The translations under genes and the position numbers were made by a program. Below are positions 45,821-55,827 of a stretch of DNA of 64,000 nt, piece by piece; the first letter of the stretch is position 1, and the number at the start of each line of letters is the position of its first letter. The DNA lies in assembly GCA_964517115.1 (NCBI GenBank), contig CAZFBE010000001.1, forward strand, positions 15,612 through 79,611. Direction: 5' to 3'. The notes under the pieces are model-generated. The model saw only the letters and a list, made by a program, of their open reading frames with translations. It was not told the DNA's origin and searched no databases. This DNA comes from an uncultured bacterium. GTDB lineage: Bacteria > UBP7 > UBA6624.

Positions 45821-47046
45821 TGGTCATTGAAAATTTAAAATTTGCAGTAAGGGCAATCTTCTCAAAGCCCCTTAGGTCCTTTTTAACACTCATTGGAATA
45901 ACGTTTGGTGTTGCTTCTGTCGTAATAGTCACAGGAGTAGGAGAAGGCTTTAAAAAGGACTTTGAAGAAAGCATGGCTGGACTTGGAACAAATCTTCTAG
46001 TAATCTGGCCTGGAAGAGATTATGAAAGTTCTGTTGAGACAAGGAAAAGGGTACAGCCTTTAACAATTGAAGATGCTGAAGAGATAGAAAAACTTCCTCA
46101 TGTTAATTTTGCTGCACCTGAAGTTGGTGCTCGAGAAATTGCAAGAGTTGGAAATAGGAATCTTAATGCTGACATAAGGGGCGTAACACCAGCTTACTCT
46201 TCAGTTAGATCTTATGAAATAGACAAAGGAAGATTTCTATCTCCTCTAGATATAGAAGGGAAAAAAAGAGTTGTTGTAGTCGGTCCTGCTTTGTGGGAAA
46301 AATTACTACCTGGACAAGAGCCAATTGGAGAAAATATAACCTTGGGGGGAGTCTCTTTTGAAATTATTGGTGTTTTGAGTGCAAAAGAGGGTGGGGGCAG
46401 AGATGATGGAGGTTTTTCAAGCGCTGATCAGATAGCTTTAATTCCGATAACAACAGCAAAATCTTTTTTCTCTGGAGGAAAAGGGGTAGGAACAATAAAT
46501 GTCGAAGCGAAATCGCTTGGAGATATCGCCCTTACAGAACAGGAAATCGTTGAGCTTCTAAGGAAAAGACACAATATAAAATTTTCTGAAGGAAATGATT
46601 TTGGAATTTTCAACTCAGGTGAAATAGTAAATACAGTTAGTGGATTCATAGAAGGCTTCAACATGTTTCTTCTTGCCATAGGAAGCATATCTCTGCTAAT
46701 TGGCGGAATCGGAATCATGAACATTATGCTTGTGACAGTTGCAGAAAGAACTAGTGAAATTGGCTTAAGGAAAGCTCTTGGAGCACTAAATAGAGATATT
46801 CAAATCCAATTCCTTATTGAGTCAATATCTCTTGCTTTGATGGGTGGGCTATTGGGAATGCTTCTTGGTTACCTTGGAATTAATGGGATAGCAAGAATTC
46901 CAAATTTCCCAGGGGAACCTCAATTCAACATGACTGTTTTTTTCATATCAGCATCAGTTTCAATGTTGATAGGTTTAATCTTTGGGTTAATCCCAGCAAA
47001 TCAAGCATCGAAACTAGATCCAATCGTAGCCTTGAGAAGAGAGTAG
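45820..47046 (+). CDS. ABC transporter permease (FtsX/MacB-type with periplasmic domain)
   Basis: 408 aa; N-terminal TM, large periplasmic domain, C-terminal FtsX-like three-TM block (GGIGIMNIMLVTVAERTSEIGLRKALGA). Confidence 0.85.
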   Translation: MVIENLKFAVRAIFSKPLRSFLTLIGITFGVASVVIVTGVGEGFKKDFEESMAGLGTNLLVIWPGRDYESSVETRKRVQPLTIEDAEEIEKLPHVNFAAPEVGAREIARVGNRNLNADIRGVTPAYSSVRSYEIDKGRFLSPLDIEGKKRVVVVGPALWEKLLPGQEPIGENITLGGVSFEIIGVLSAKEGGGRDDGGFSSADQIALIPITTAKSFFSGGKGVGTINVEAKSLGDIALTEQEIVELLRKRHNIKFSEGNDFGIFNSGEIVNTVSGFIEGFNMFLLAIGSISLLIGGIGIMNIMLVTVAERTSEIGLRKALGALNRDIQIQFLIESISLALMGGLLGMLLGYLGINGIARIPNFPGEPQFNMTVFFISASVSMLIGLIFGLIPANQASKLDPIVALRRE

Positions 47047-47047
47047 T

Positions 47048-48502
47048 TTGCAAAAAAAACTAGAAACAAGAACCTTTAAAAATTTTTTAGGAATTTTTTC
47101 AAGCAAACTAACCGGATACATAAGAGATAATCTTTTTGCCTCTAACTTTGGCAGTGGCTTGATTATGGATGCCTGGGGTTTGGGGTTTGGGTTTCTCTCT
47201 TCTTTAAAAACAGCCTTGATTGACATACCTCTTGAATCAATATCAATCCCTATGCTTTCAAAAATTTCAAATCAAAAGGACAAACATGAAATTGCAAGTG
47301 GCTCTCTTTTAGTAAAGCTGGTAGCCTATTCGATACCTTCTTTAATTTTAGTTTCACTTTTTTCTAAAAATATTGCAACCCTCTTAACAGCATACAAATC
47401 TACAGATGTTGAAGTTTTATCCAGTTTGATGAGAGGCCTTTCAGGTTATTTAGCTGGTGGGATAATAAGCATATGGGCAAGCTCTGTGCTGAGAAGCCAG
47501 GGAAGAATGCTGGCAGCATCTCTAACCCCCATAATCCTCAACATTTCAATAATTGGATTTATCTATTTGATGGAAAAGAGCCCAGTTGAGACCTTAACTG
47601 CAGGGGCAGGATGGGGAGCATGGCTTGGGGTAATTTTTCAACTCTACGCTTTCCATCTTGGAAACAGATGGCCAAAAATCAATTGGGCAAACAAGTACCA
47701 AGAAGCATTTGAAAAAAAATATCCAAAAGGAGCAAGTATCGGTATCTTCCAAAGTCTCACATTTATCAGCACAAGATATTATGCAACATCACTAATGAGC
47801 GGATCTGTCGCTTGGCTTTATTTTTCAACAAGATTAATACAGGTCCCAAATTCCCTAATTGGAGTTTGCATTGCGCAGGCATCACTTCCAGAGCTTTCAA
47901 AAATTTCAAACTCAAAAAGTCCAAAATTCTCCAGAGAGTTAGAGAAAGCTTTGAAAATGGGATTCCTTATAGCGCTGCCTCTGACAATATATTTCTTTTT
48001 TGAAGCAAGTTTTTTCACTAAACAGCTTTTTCAACGTGGAGAGTTCACAGCTTCAGACACAGCTCAAGTTTCCAACCTTTTAAAAATATTATCTTTGTCT
48101 TTGCCTTTCGTGATATTTGAATCAATCCTTACAAAAGCCTATTATGCGATAAATGAACACAAAGAGCTTGTAAAGATAAAATTTATACAATTCTTAACCT
48201 GCCTTTTTGTTCTGTTTTTTTCTTACTATGGAGATTTCCAAAATAAACTGATTGCTGTCCCCTTTTCCTCAATATTCTCAATCATCGTAGGTGTTGCTTT
48301 TCTTTTGAAAAAATTTAAATTGAACTCAGGAAAAATACTCAACCCTTCAGCCAGGACAAGAAATTTTCTAATTTTCATATTGATATCATTTGTAACGTTT
48401 GAAGGTCTTGAAGCAGAAATCTTCAACTGGATAAAAATCTCAATATGTGGTTGCGCAATGCTTTATATATGGGAAAATGAAATTTTAAAATATGAAAATT
48501 AA
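47048..48502 (+). CDS. murJ: lipid II flippase MurJ/MviN family
   Basis: TTG start; 484 aa polytopic; N-terminal SSKLTGYIRDNLFASNFG resembles the MurJ SRxxGxxRD motif; adjacent to murG. Confidence 0.7.
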   Translation: MQKKLETRTFKNFLGIFSSKLTGYIRDNLFASNFGSGLIMDAWGLGFGFLSSLKTALIDIPLESISIPMLSKISNQKDKHEIASGSLLVKLVAYSIPSLILVSLFSKNIATLLTAYKSTDVEVLSSLMRGLSGYLAGGIISIWASSVLRSQGRMLAASLTPIILNISIIGFIYLMEKSPVETLTAGAGWGAWLGVIFQLYAFHLGNRWPKINWANKYQEAFEKKYPKGASIGIFQSLTFISTRYYATSLMSGSVAWLYFSTRLIQVPNSLIGVCIAQASLPELSKISNSKSPKFSRELEKALKMGFLIALPLTIYFFFEASFFTKQLFQRGEFTASDTAQVSNLLKILSLSLPFVIFESILTKAYYAINEHKELVKIKFIQFLTCLFVLFFSYYGDFQNKLIAVPFSSIFSIIVGVAFLLKKFKLNSGKILNPSARTRNFLIFILISFVTFEGLEAEIFNWIKISICGCAMLYIWENEILKYEN

Positions 48503-49502
48503 AGTACTTGTTTGCGGAGGGGGGACAATAGGGCATGTTACACCAGCACTTGCACTGCTTGAAAATGTAGAGCATGACTTGGCATGGCTTGGAACAAACA
48601 GAATAGATTTAAAAATTTTGAACAAAAAAAACATAAATCATTTCGATCAAAATTTAATTTCAGGCAGAAATCTTCAAAGCATGGCACTACACTTAAAAGC
48701 AATCTTCAAAGCATTAAAAATAATTAAAAAATTTCAACCTGATTTAGTTATAGGAACTGGAGGATATGCAAGTTTTCCAGGAGTGATTTCTTCAAAAATA
48801 ATGAATAAAAAAATCATACTAATAGAACCCAACGCAAAACCTGGTTGGGCAAACAAGATTCTTTACAAGTTTTCAGAAAAAGTAATATGTCAAAAAAACC
48901 TAAAGAGTTATTTTGGAAAAAAATCAATACCTCTAGGTATTCCTGTTTATAGAAAATACAAGAAAATAACAAAAGAAGAATCCAGGGAAAAGCTTGATTT
49001 AAATAGTAATTTTTTTACTGTAACCATCACCGGGGGAAGCCAAGGTTCAGAAAAATTAAATAAACTAATATTGAAATCTTTAGAGGAAATGAAAAAAGAA
49101 TTTTCAAACCTCTTCATATTTTGGCAATGTGGACAAGGTTCAAAAAAAATAAAAAAATCTCTTGAAGATCAAAAAATATTGCATATAGTTAAAGAATATA
49201 CTGAAAAATTAGACACATGGATAAGTGCTTCTGATCTTGTTTTTTCAAGAGCTGGAGCATGCACACTTGCTGAAATTAAAGCACTGGGCAAGAAATCAAT
49301 AATTATTCCACTAAAAGGAGTAGATGATCACCAATTGGAAAATGCGAAAGAGCACTCAAGAAACCACCCTTCAAAAATCATTGATGAGGACAGTGACACT
49401 TCACTTCTTTTGAAAGCTATGAAAAACTTGGATTCAGAAAAAAAACCACCCAGGGTAGGGTTGGAAAATTCAAAAAAAATTTCTGAGCTAATCTTCGATT
49501 AA
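48492..49502 (+). CDS. murG: undecaprenyldiphospho-muramoylpentapeptide beta-N-acetylglucosaminyltransferase
   Basis: N-terminal GGGTIGHVTPALAL; C-terminal SRAGACTLAEI ... DDHQLENA. Confidence 0.85.
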   Translation: MKIKVLVCGGGTIGHVTPALALLENVEHDLAWLGTNRIDLKILNKKNINHFDQNLISGRNLQSMALHLKAIFKALKIIKKFQPDLVIGTGGYASFPGVISSKIMNKKIILIEPNAKPGWANKILYKFSEKVICQKNLKSYFGKKSIPLGIPVYRKYKKITKEESREKLDLNSNFFTVTITGGSQGSEKLNKLILKSLEEMKKEFSNLFIFWQCGQGSKKIKKSLEDQKILHIVKEYTEKLDTWISASDLVFSRAGACTLAEIKALGKKSIIIPLKGVDDHQLENAKEHSRNHPSKIIDEDSDTSLLLKAMKNLDSEKKPPRVGLENSKKISELIFD

Positions 49503-50036
49503 GTCTTTAATGTTTTTAGATATATGCGCCGGATCTTTATTTCTTCCAATTAGCAAAATCCTTTTTTGCTCATCAAAAACCTTTAGGGGGATGAAGATTC
49601 TGTTCAAGCTCTCCCATTTCATTAATTGAGAATTTGCAAAATTTAAATCTTCGACAGATGAAAAATGATAAATTTCAAAACTGTCATCAATAATTACAAT
49701 TTTCTCCTTTGTTTTTAGTTCTCTGTAGAAATTTAACCTTTTTCCATAATCAGCTTTTATCAAAGAAGGGGTTCCTTGCAATCCGACATTCTCATCAAGA
49801 AAAAAAGTAATTTCATCGGAATGCTCCCCCCTGTAACCATAAGCAGAAAAAATACAGTCTATGAATTCAGGCAAAAAAGATTCATCAGAATAATTGAATT
49901 TAACAAGATTGCATTCTTTCTTCAGTTCTGAAAAATTTATATTTTTTGATTTTTCAGGATGAACCGGGAAGGAAAAATCCAAACAAGAATTAAAAGAAAA
50001 AACTATATAAGAAAGTAAGAAAATACGAAAAATCAC
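49488..50036 (-). CDS. hypothetical lipoprotein
   Basis: Signal peptide with a lipobox-like FSFNSC; 182 aa; no other motif. Confidence 0.45.
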   Translation of the reverse strand: MIFRIFLLSYIVFSFNSCLDFSFPVHPEKSKNINFSELKKECNLVKFNYSDESFLPEFIDCIFSAYGYRGEHSDEITFFLDENVGLQGTPSLIKADYGKRLNFYRELKTKEKIVIIDDSFEIYHFSSVEDLNFANSQLMKWESLNRIFIPLKVFDEQKRILLIGRNKDPAHISKNIKDLIED

Positions 50037-51412
50037 ACTTTTTTCAAGGCTTTTCTAATCAAGGTTAGAGCTTTAGAAAGAACATCCTTAGATATATCTA
50101 AAACTGGCCTAAACCTTAAAGACTTGTCTCCACAACCTAAGATTAAAACACCTTCTTCAACAAGATGGCCCCTTACCTTATCTCTTGTTTCCCCATCTGG
50201 CAAATCGAAAGCGCACATTAATCCAGAACCTCGAACATTTGTTACTAATCCATCAAAATCATCAGATATTTTTTTTAGTTCTTCAATTAGGAAATCTCCG
50301 ACACTTCTGCAATTTTCAAGAAGATTTTCCCTTTCGATTATTTCAATATACTTTGTAACCCTGACCATATCAACCAAGTTTCCTCCCCAGGTTGAATTAA
50401 TCCTACTGCTTACCTTGAAACAATTATCAACATCATCTATACGATTACTAGCCGCTATTCCACAAACCTGAGACTTTTTTCCAAAGCAAAAAATATCCGG
50501 TTTTATATCTGTTTTTTCCCAGGCCCACCAATTTCCAGTTATGCCCATTCCGCATTGAACTTCATCGAATATCAACAAAACATCATTATCGTCACACCAA
50601 TCTCTTACTTTTTGTAAAAATTCATTCCTGAAATGATTATCCCCACCTTCACCTTGTATAGTCTCCATTAAAACCGCAGCCATTTGGTTTGGTTTTTCTT
50701 GTTCGAAAACTTTTAGTTTGGATAAAAAATCATCCTCCTGTTCCTTAAGAGACGAAGCAGACTCTTCAGTCTCAGGAAAACTTCTGTAAGGTGAGGGCAA
50801 TCTCGGCCAGTTAAACTTAGGAAAATACATTGTTTTCTTAGGGTCCGCAGTATTTGTTAAGCTTAATGTATAACCAGACCTGCCATGAAAGGCCTTTTCC
50901 AAGTGAGCAATTGAAAGAATATTTTCATCAACATCAATCTCAACTTCTAAGTTTTTTCTCATCTTCCAGTCAAAAGCAACCTTTAGAGCATTTTCTACTG
51001 CCAAGGATCCTCCCTCTATGAAGAAGAGATGTGGGTAATCTTGCGTTACTATTCTTGACATTACATCAACAAAATCAGCGTATGGCTGTGTGTAGACATC
51101 TGAATTAACAGGCTTATGAGAAGCTACAAGTCCCAACTTCAATAGAAAATCCTGTTCTAGCAACTCTTTATGGTTTATTCCTATTGGCTGGCTAGCAAAC
51201 ATGCTAAAAAGATCAATGTACTCTTTCCCATCTGATGCATCAACAAGAACAGAACCCTTGCTTTTCTCTAAATCTAAAACGAGATGATATCCATCAACCA
51301 AGATGCTTTTTGACAAACTATCTCTAACCTCAGAAGCCATCGTCTTCCACGATTCTTTTCCTACAACTTTTAATTTATTTTTCATTAACCACTCCAGTTC
51401 CAGCCTGAACAA
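50033..51412 (-). CDS. lat: class III aminotransferase, L-lysine 6-transaminase-like
   Basis: LVDGYHLVLDLEKSKGSVLVDASDGKEYIDLFSMFASQPIGINH and FDEVQCGMGITG...FGKKSQVCG resemble lysine epsilon-aminotransferase. The true start is possibly Met10 or Met25 (51385 or 51340). Confidence 0.7.
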   Translation of the reverse strand: MFRLELEWLMKNKLKVVGKESWKTMASEVRDSLSKSILVDGYHLVLDLEKSKGSVLVDASDGKEYIDLFSMFASQPIGINHKELLEQDFLLKLGLVASHKPVNSDVYTQPYADFVDVMSRIVTQDYPHLFFIEGGSLAVENALKVAFDWKMRKNLEVEIDVDENILSIAHLEKAFHGRSGYTLSLTNTADPKKTMYFPKFNWPRLPSPYRSFPETEESASSLKEQEDDFLSKLKVFEQEKPNQMAAVLMETIQGEGGDNHFRNEFLQKVRDWCDDNDVLLIFDEVQCGMGITGNWWAWEKTDIKPDIFCFGKKSQVCGIAASNRIDDVDNCFKVSSRINSTWGGNLVDMVRVTKYIEIIERENLLENCRSVGDFLIEELKKISDDFDGLVTNVRGSGLMCAFDLPDGETRDKVRGHLVEEGVLILGCGDKSLRFRPVLDISKDVLSKALTLIRKALKKV

Positions 51413-52355
51413 GACTGTGTAAATGAATTATTCCGACTAGATTATTTTTATTATTAACAACCGGCATTACAGTAATCGCATTAGTCTCCATCTTGCCTAT
51501 AGCAAAACTTGCTAAATCATCTTGATTTAAGGTTTTTGGATTCTTGTTAGCAACATTGACTATCTTTTCATCCAAAAGAGTATCAAAAGACTCTCTTTTT
51601 TCAAAAAGCCTTCTTAGGTCCCCATCTGTAAAAATGCCTTTAATTTGACTTTTTTCAACAAGGATAACAGCACCAAGCCTTCCACTTGACATCTTTATAA
51701 CACACGACCTCAATGAATCTTGTGGACTGACTTTAGGGATATTGTCCTTTGTCATCCATTGGGAAACTTTAGATAAGGAGTTTCCAAGAGATCCCCCAGG
51801 ATGATACATAGCAAAATCAGAAGGAGTAAAGTCTTTTTCTTTAGCTAAAGAAACTGCCAAAGCATCTCCTATTGCCATCATTACAGTTGTTGAGGAAGTT
51901 GGAGCAAGATTATGCTCATCTGCCTCACGTTCAACAAAAGAATTAAGAACTGCGTCTGCCTCTTTTGCAAGCACTGAGTCTAAATTCGCAGTGAGTGCAA
52001 CAATTGGAATTTTCTTCATTTTTAAAGAAGGAATAAGGCCTAAAACCTCAGTTGTATTTCCTGAGTTAGAAATCAATAAAGCTGTATCTTTGTTTGAAAT
52101 TAAACCTAAATCTCCATGTAAGGCTTCTCCTGAATGTAAAAAAACACTCGGAGTTCCTAGGCTTGCAAGAGTTGAAGATATCTTTCTGCCAACAAGGCCT
52201 GATTTACCTATTCCAGAAACAACACAGTTCCCAGAACACTTCCTGATTAAATTTACTGCACTATCAAAATTTTTATCAAAATTTTCAGAAGCAGCAACAA
52301 GTGCTTTTGCCTCATCTAGCAAAACCTTCTTTCCAAAATCATAGAACTTATTCAT
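51375..52355 (-). CDS. kpsF: arabinose-5-phosphate isomerase (KpsF/GutQ family)
   Basis: SIS domain SGIGKSG...SNSGNT plus a C-terminal CBS pair; 326 aa. Confidence 0.85.
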   Translation of the reverse strand: MNKFYDFGKKVLLDEAKALVAASENFDKNFDSAVNLIRKCSGNCVVSGIGKSGLVGRKISSTLASLGTPSVFLHSGEALHGDLGLISNKDTALLISNSGNTTEVLGLIPSLKMKKIPIVALTANLDSVLAKEADAVLNSFVEREADEHNLAPTSSTTVMMAIGDALAVSLAKEKDFTPSDFAMYHPGGSLGNSLSKVSQWMTKDNIPKVSPQDSLRSCVIKMSSGRLGAVILVEKSQIKGIFTDGDLRRLFEKRESFDTLLDEKIVNVANKNPKTLNQDDLASFAIGKMETNAITVMPVVNNKNNLVGIIHLHSLVQAGTGVVNEK

Positions 52356-52719
52356 CTCCCACCACCTTTACCATTTCCTTTTTTATCAAATTGTCATCAT
52401 CAAGAATGATCACTTTTGCCTTATGTCCTTTTATGCAACTTTCACCGCAAATTTTCCAATTAAGAATTATTACCTTGTCTCCTTCCTTGAAAAAATGAGC
52501 AGCAGCTCCATTGAGGGTAATTTCTCTATTCTTTGACTCTTTGATCACATAAGTTTCAACTCTATTTCCATTAGAAACATTAAGAACTGAAATTTTTTCA
52601 AAAGGCAAAAGTCCCGATGCTTTTAACAAATCTGGACCCAATCCGCAAGAACCTTCATAGTCAATATCAGAAGCTGTAACAGTTCCCCCATGAATCTTGC
52701 AATTAAGCATCTCCCTCAT
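52348..52719 (-). CDS. panD: aspartate 1-decarboxylase
   Basis: MLNCKIHGGTVTASDIDYEGSCG, containing the Gly-Ser self-cleavage site; NGAAAH. Confidence 0.85.
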   Translation of the reverse strand: MREMLNCKIHGGTVTASDIDYEGSCGLGPDLLKASGLLPFEKISVLNVSNGNRVETYVIKESKNREITLNGAAAHFFKEGDKVIILNWKICGESCIKGHKAKVIILDDDNLIKKEMVKVVGDE

Positions 52720-53492
52720 AAAAACAAACCCTTGTTATCTATAAGCCTTGTTCCTTTGACCCAAACTGCTGTCAAAACCCTAGATTCCTGATTCAAAATT
52801 TTTAATTCCGGTAGTAATTTTTTCGGCCTCACTTCTAAATAGTCAATTTTACTAACTTTTTTTGATAAAAAGTCAATACCAGCGGTTTCCAGCTCTTTCT
52901 TATCCCTTAAACCATCCTTCCAAAAAGATTCGACTTTTTCTAGTGCTTTTGATACATAAAGTGATTTTTCATAATCCTCATCGGAAAGATATGCATTCCT
53001 AGAAGAGAGGGCTAGGCCGTTTTCATCCCTCACAGTCCTTACGCTCACTATAGAAGGCCCATTAATTCTTTTCGACAAATCCTTAATTAGGATAAGCTGC
53101 TGCCAATCTTTCTCGCCAAAAACAGCAATGTCTGAAGCAATTGTTTCAAATAACTTTTTTACGACAGTAACAACCCCGTTAAAAAACCCTGGCCTATGGG
53201 CCCCTTCAAGTATGGATCCAAGAAATCCAGAATCCTCTGTTGCAATAGGCCCATTTGGATAAATTTCACTTGCTTTTGGAAATAGGACCTCTTTCGCACC
53301 ACACTTTAAAGCATACTCCAAATCCCTCTGAGCACTTCTTGGGTATTTTTCAAAATCTTCCGTTGGGCCAAATTGTGTTGGGTTTACAAATATTGAAACA
53401 ATTGGATCCCCAAGAGCTGCAGCTTTTTTTATCAGAGCACCATGACCCTGATGAAGTGCACCCATTGTGGGAACCAGAACTCTTTTCTTCAT
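52716..53492 (-). CDS. panC: pantoate--beta-alanine ligase
   Basis: VPTMGALHQGH HIGH-like motif; 258 aa. Confidence 0.9.
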   Translation of the reverse strand: MKKRVLVPTMGALHQGHGALIKKAAALGDPIVSIFVNPTQFGPTEDFEKYPRSAQRDLEYALKCGAKEVLFPKASEIYPNGPIATEDSGFLGSILEGAHRPGFFNGVVTVVKKLFETIASDIAVFGEKDWQQLILIKDLSKRINGPSIVSVRTVRDENGLALSSRNAYLSDEDYEKSLYVSKALEKVESFWKDGLRDKKELETAGIDFLSKKVSKIDYLEVRPKKLLPELKILNQESRVLTAVWVKGTRLIDNKGLFL

Positions 53493-54322
53493 TATTTAAA
53501 TTTTTTTATTTTTTCAATAACGTCTTCATCCAGAGACCAAGACTCATTCAAGGCTGGATATGTTCCAGATTTTACCGAATCTGAAAAAGAGTTTATCGCA
53601 TCATGTATATTTTTAGAAACATTACCAAAAGGATTTTTCAGAAATTTAAAATTTTCATTTTGCCAACCAATGAGATCATGAAAAACTAAAATCTGCCCAC
53701 GACAAAATGAACCACTTCCTATCCCAATGGTTGGAACATACAAATCTTCTGTTATTTTTTTTGCCAACTGGAAAGGAATGCATTCAAGAACTATCGAAAA
53801 TGCTCCAGCAGACTCTAAAAGCTTTGCTTCTTCATATATTTTTTGAGAATTCTCCAAGTTTTTTCCTTGGACCTTGTATCCTCCAAATTGCTCTACCTTC
53901 TGTGGGGTAAGCCCGATATGGGACATAACAGGAATTCCATGACCTGTAAGATGCTCTACCAAACTACAAACCTCCTTACCTCCTTCAATCTTCACTGCAT
54001 TGGCTCCCTTCCTAACCAATTCACATGAATGTTGAGAAGCTACCTGCAAGCCAGCTTGAGAAGACCCAAAAGGCAAATCTGCAACAAGTAAACTTTTATC
54101 TATAAATTTAGAAACAGCCTCAAGGTGGTAACTTATTTCCTTTATCCCTATGGATGTAGTATTTTTGTTACCCAAAACAACATTTGAAAGAGAATCTCCA
54201 ACAAGAACAACGTCTACTTTTGCATCTTGTGCGGAAATAGCAGAAGGCCTGTCGTAAGCAGTGACTGCAATAATCTTTTCACCTTTTGGAAAGTTCTTAA
54301 TTTTTGGAACGGTAATCATCAA
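53492..54322 (-). CDS. panB: 3-methyl-2-oxobutanoate hydroxymethyltransferase
   Basis: AVTAYD ... VVLVGDSLSNVVLG ... VKIEGG pattern; 276 aa. Confidence 0.9.
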   Translation of the reverse strand: MMITVPKIKNFPKGEKIIAVTAYDRPSAISAQDAKVDVVLVGDSLSNVVLGNKNTTSIGIKEISYHLEAVSKFIDKSLLVADLPFGSSQAGLQVASQHSCELVRKGANAVKIEGGKEVCSLVEHLTGHGIPVMSHIGLTPQKVEQFGGYKVQGKNLENSQKIYEEAKLLESAGAFSIVLECIPFQLAKKITEDLYVPTIGIGSGSFCRGQILVFHDLIGWQNENFKFLKNPFGNVSKNIHDAINSFSDSVKSGTYPALNESWSLDEDVIEKIKKFK

Positions 54323-54380
54323 TGAGAATATTCTAATTTCTAATCAGTAATATATCTAATAGTTTTAAGATAGGGGTGTT

Positions 54381-55094
54381 GTGTTGTTGCGTGTAGAAAA
54401 TTTAAATAAAAGTTTTTCAGGAAAAACAGTATTAAAAGGTTTAAACTTCAGCGTTTCAAAAGGAAGTATTATTGGTTTTCTAGGGCCAAATGGAGCGGGG
54501 AAAACAACGACATTGAGAATACTTTCGGGACTGCTTCCTCAAGATAGTGGAAGTATCTTTTTTAAACAAAAAAAATACTCTGAGTATGACCATACCATAA
54601 AGAAGAATATCGGCTATCTTCCTGAAAAAATCCCTCTTTACTCAAACATGACCCCATTTGAGCAAATATCTTTAGCAACAAATCTGCATATGGTCCAAAA
54701 CCCAAAAGAAGAAACAGAAAGGATAATAAAGCTGACCCAGATTGAAGAAGTAAAAGACAGGTTAAACAAGTTTCTTTCAAGAGGATTTAGGCAAAGAGTT
54801 GGGTTTGGGCTTTCTTTGGTTGGAAATCCAGAAGTTATTTTCTTAGATGAACCTACAACGGGGCTAGACCCTGAACAAATTGTAAATTTTGAAAAGGCAA
54901 TTAAAAAAATATCAAAAATGGGAACTTCTTTTGTTATTTCGAGTCATAGGCTTGAAATAATCGAACAGTTATGCTCAAGAGCCTTGATACTTCATGAAGG
55001 AACAATAAAGTTTGATTCAAAAATCGAAAAAAGAAACCTCAGAAAAATTTACCTAGAAACCATAAAGTCAAAAAAAGAAAATGCAAATAGTTAA
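54381..55094 (+). CDS. ABC transporter ATP-binding protein (GldA-like)
   Basis: GTG start; GPNGAGKTTT, LSRGFRQRVG, IFLDEPTTGLDP. Confidence 0.8.
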   Translation: MLLRVENLNKSFSGKTVLKGLNFSVSKGSIIGFLGPNGAGKTTTLRILSGLLPQDSGSIFFKQKKYSEYDHTIKKNIGYLPEKIPLYSNMTPFEQISLATNLHMVQNPKEETERIIKLTQIEEVKDRLNKFLSRGFRQRVGFGLSLVGNPEVIFLDEPTTGLDPEQIVNFEKAIKKISKMGTSFVISSHRLEIIEQLCSRALILHEGTIKFDSKIEKRNLRKIYLETIKSKKENANS

Positions 55095-55827
55095 AAAAAT
55101 AATTCAAAAAGAGCTTAATGGTTACAACAAAGGCATAAGCATCTGGATTGCAGTTGCAGGATTGCTGCTTGTCCAGGGTTATTTTTTAACATTGAACTTG
55201 ATAAGCTACTCGAACCCATTTTCAACACCGGGAGACTGGAATGATGGCCCAATGACTGTTCTTCTTCTAGACTGTTGCTTTCTTGGAATCTTGTTTTCTC
55301 CATTCATAACGATATCAACAATATGCCTAGAGAGAAAAGAAAACACATTGGAATTCCTACTCTCACAACCGATAAGCTCTTCAAAGATAATCCTAGGCAA
55401 ATTAATAACATCCACATTGTTGATTTTTTCAATACTTTTTCTACCCACGATTGGAATTGTTTGGCTAAGCAAGTTTGGAGTAATCGACTATGGGCACTAT
55501 CTAAGCGGTCTTTTAGGATTGCTCCTTCTTTCTTTTGCTCTTTCAGGAATTGGCATATTCATCTCCTCAGTGACAGAAAACTTGACAACAGCTTTTGTTG
55601 TTTCGTTCCCTGTGTTTCTTTCATTTTGGTTTATCAGCTCTTTAAACAATACAAACATCTCAGATTCTTTAATTCTTAAAGGATTTTCAGAATTGGGCTT
55701 TCAAGAAAAATTAAGCAGATTCTCTGAAGGTTTTATAAACACTGAAGATGTTGTCTTCTTCATTCTTTTTGGAATATTCTGGTTCATCATGACAAAGAAA
55801 AGCATGGAGATAAGAGGGTGGAAGTGA
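55081..55827 (+). CDS. ABC-2 family permease (GldF-like)
   Basis: 248 aa, six hydrophobic segments; 14-nt overlap with the ATPase gene. Confidence 0.7.
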   Translation: MQIVKKIIQKELNGYNKGISIWIAVAGLLLVQGYFLTLNLISYSNPFSTPGDWNDGPMTVLLLDCCFLGILFSPFITISTICLERKENTLEFLLSQPISSSKIILGKLITSTLLIFSILFLPTIGIVWLSKFGVIDYGHYLSGLLGLLLLSFALSGIGIFISSVTENLTTAFVVSFPVFLSFWFISSLNNTNISDSLILKGFSELGFQEKLSRFSEGFINTEDVVFFILFGIFWFIMTKKSMEIRGWK

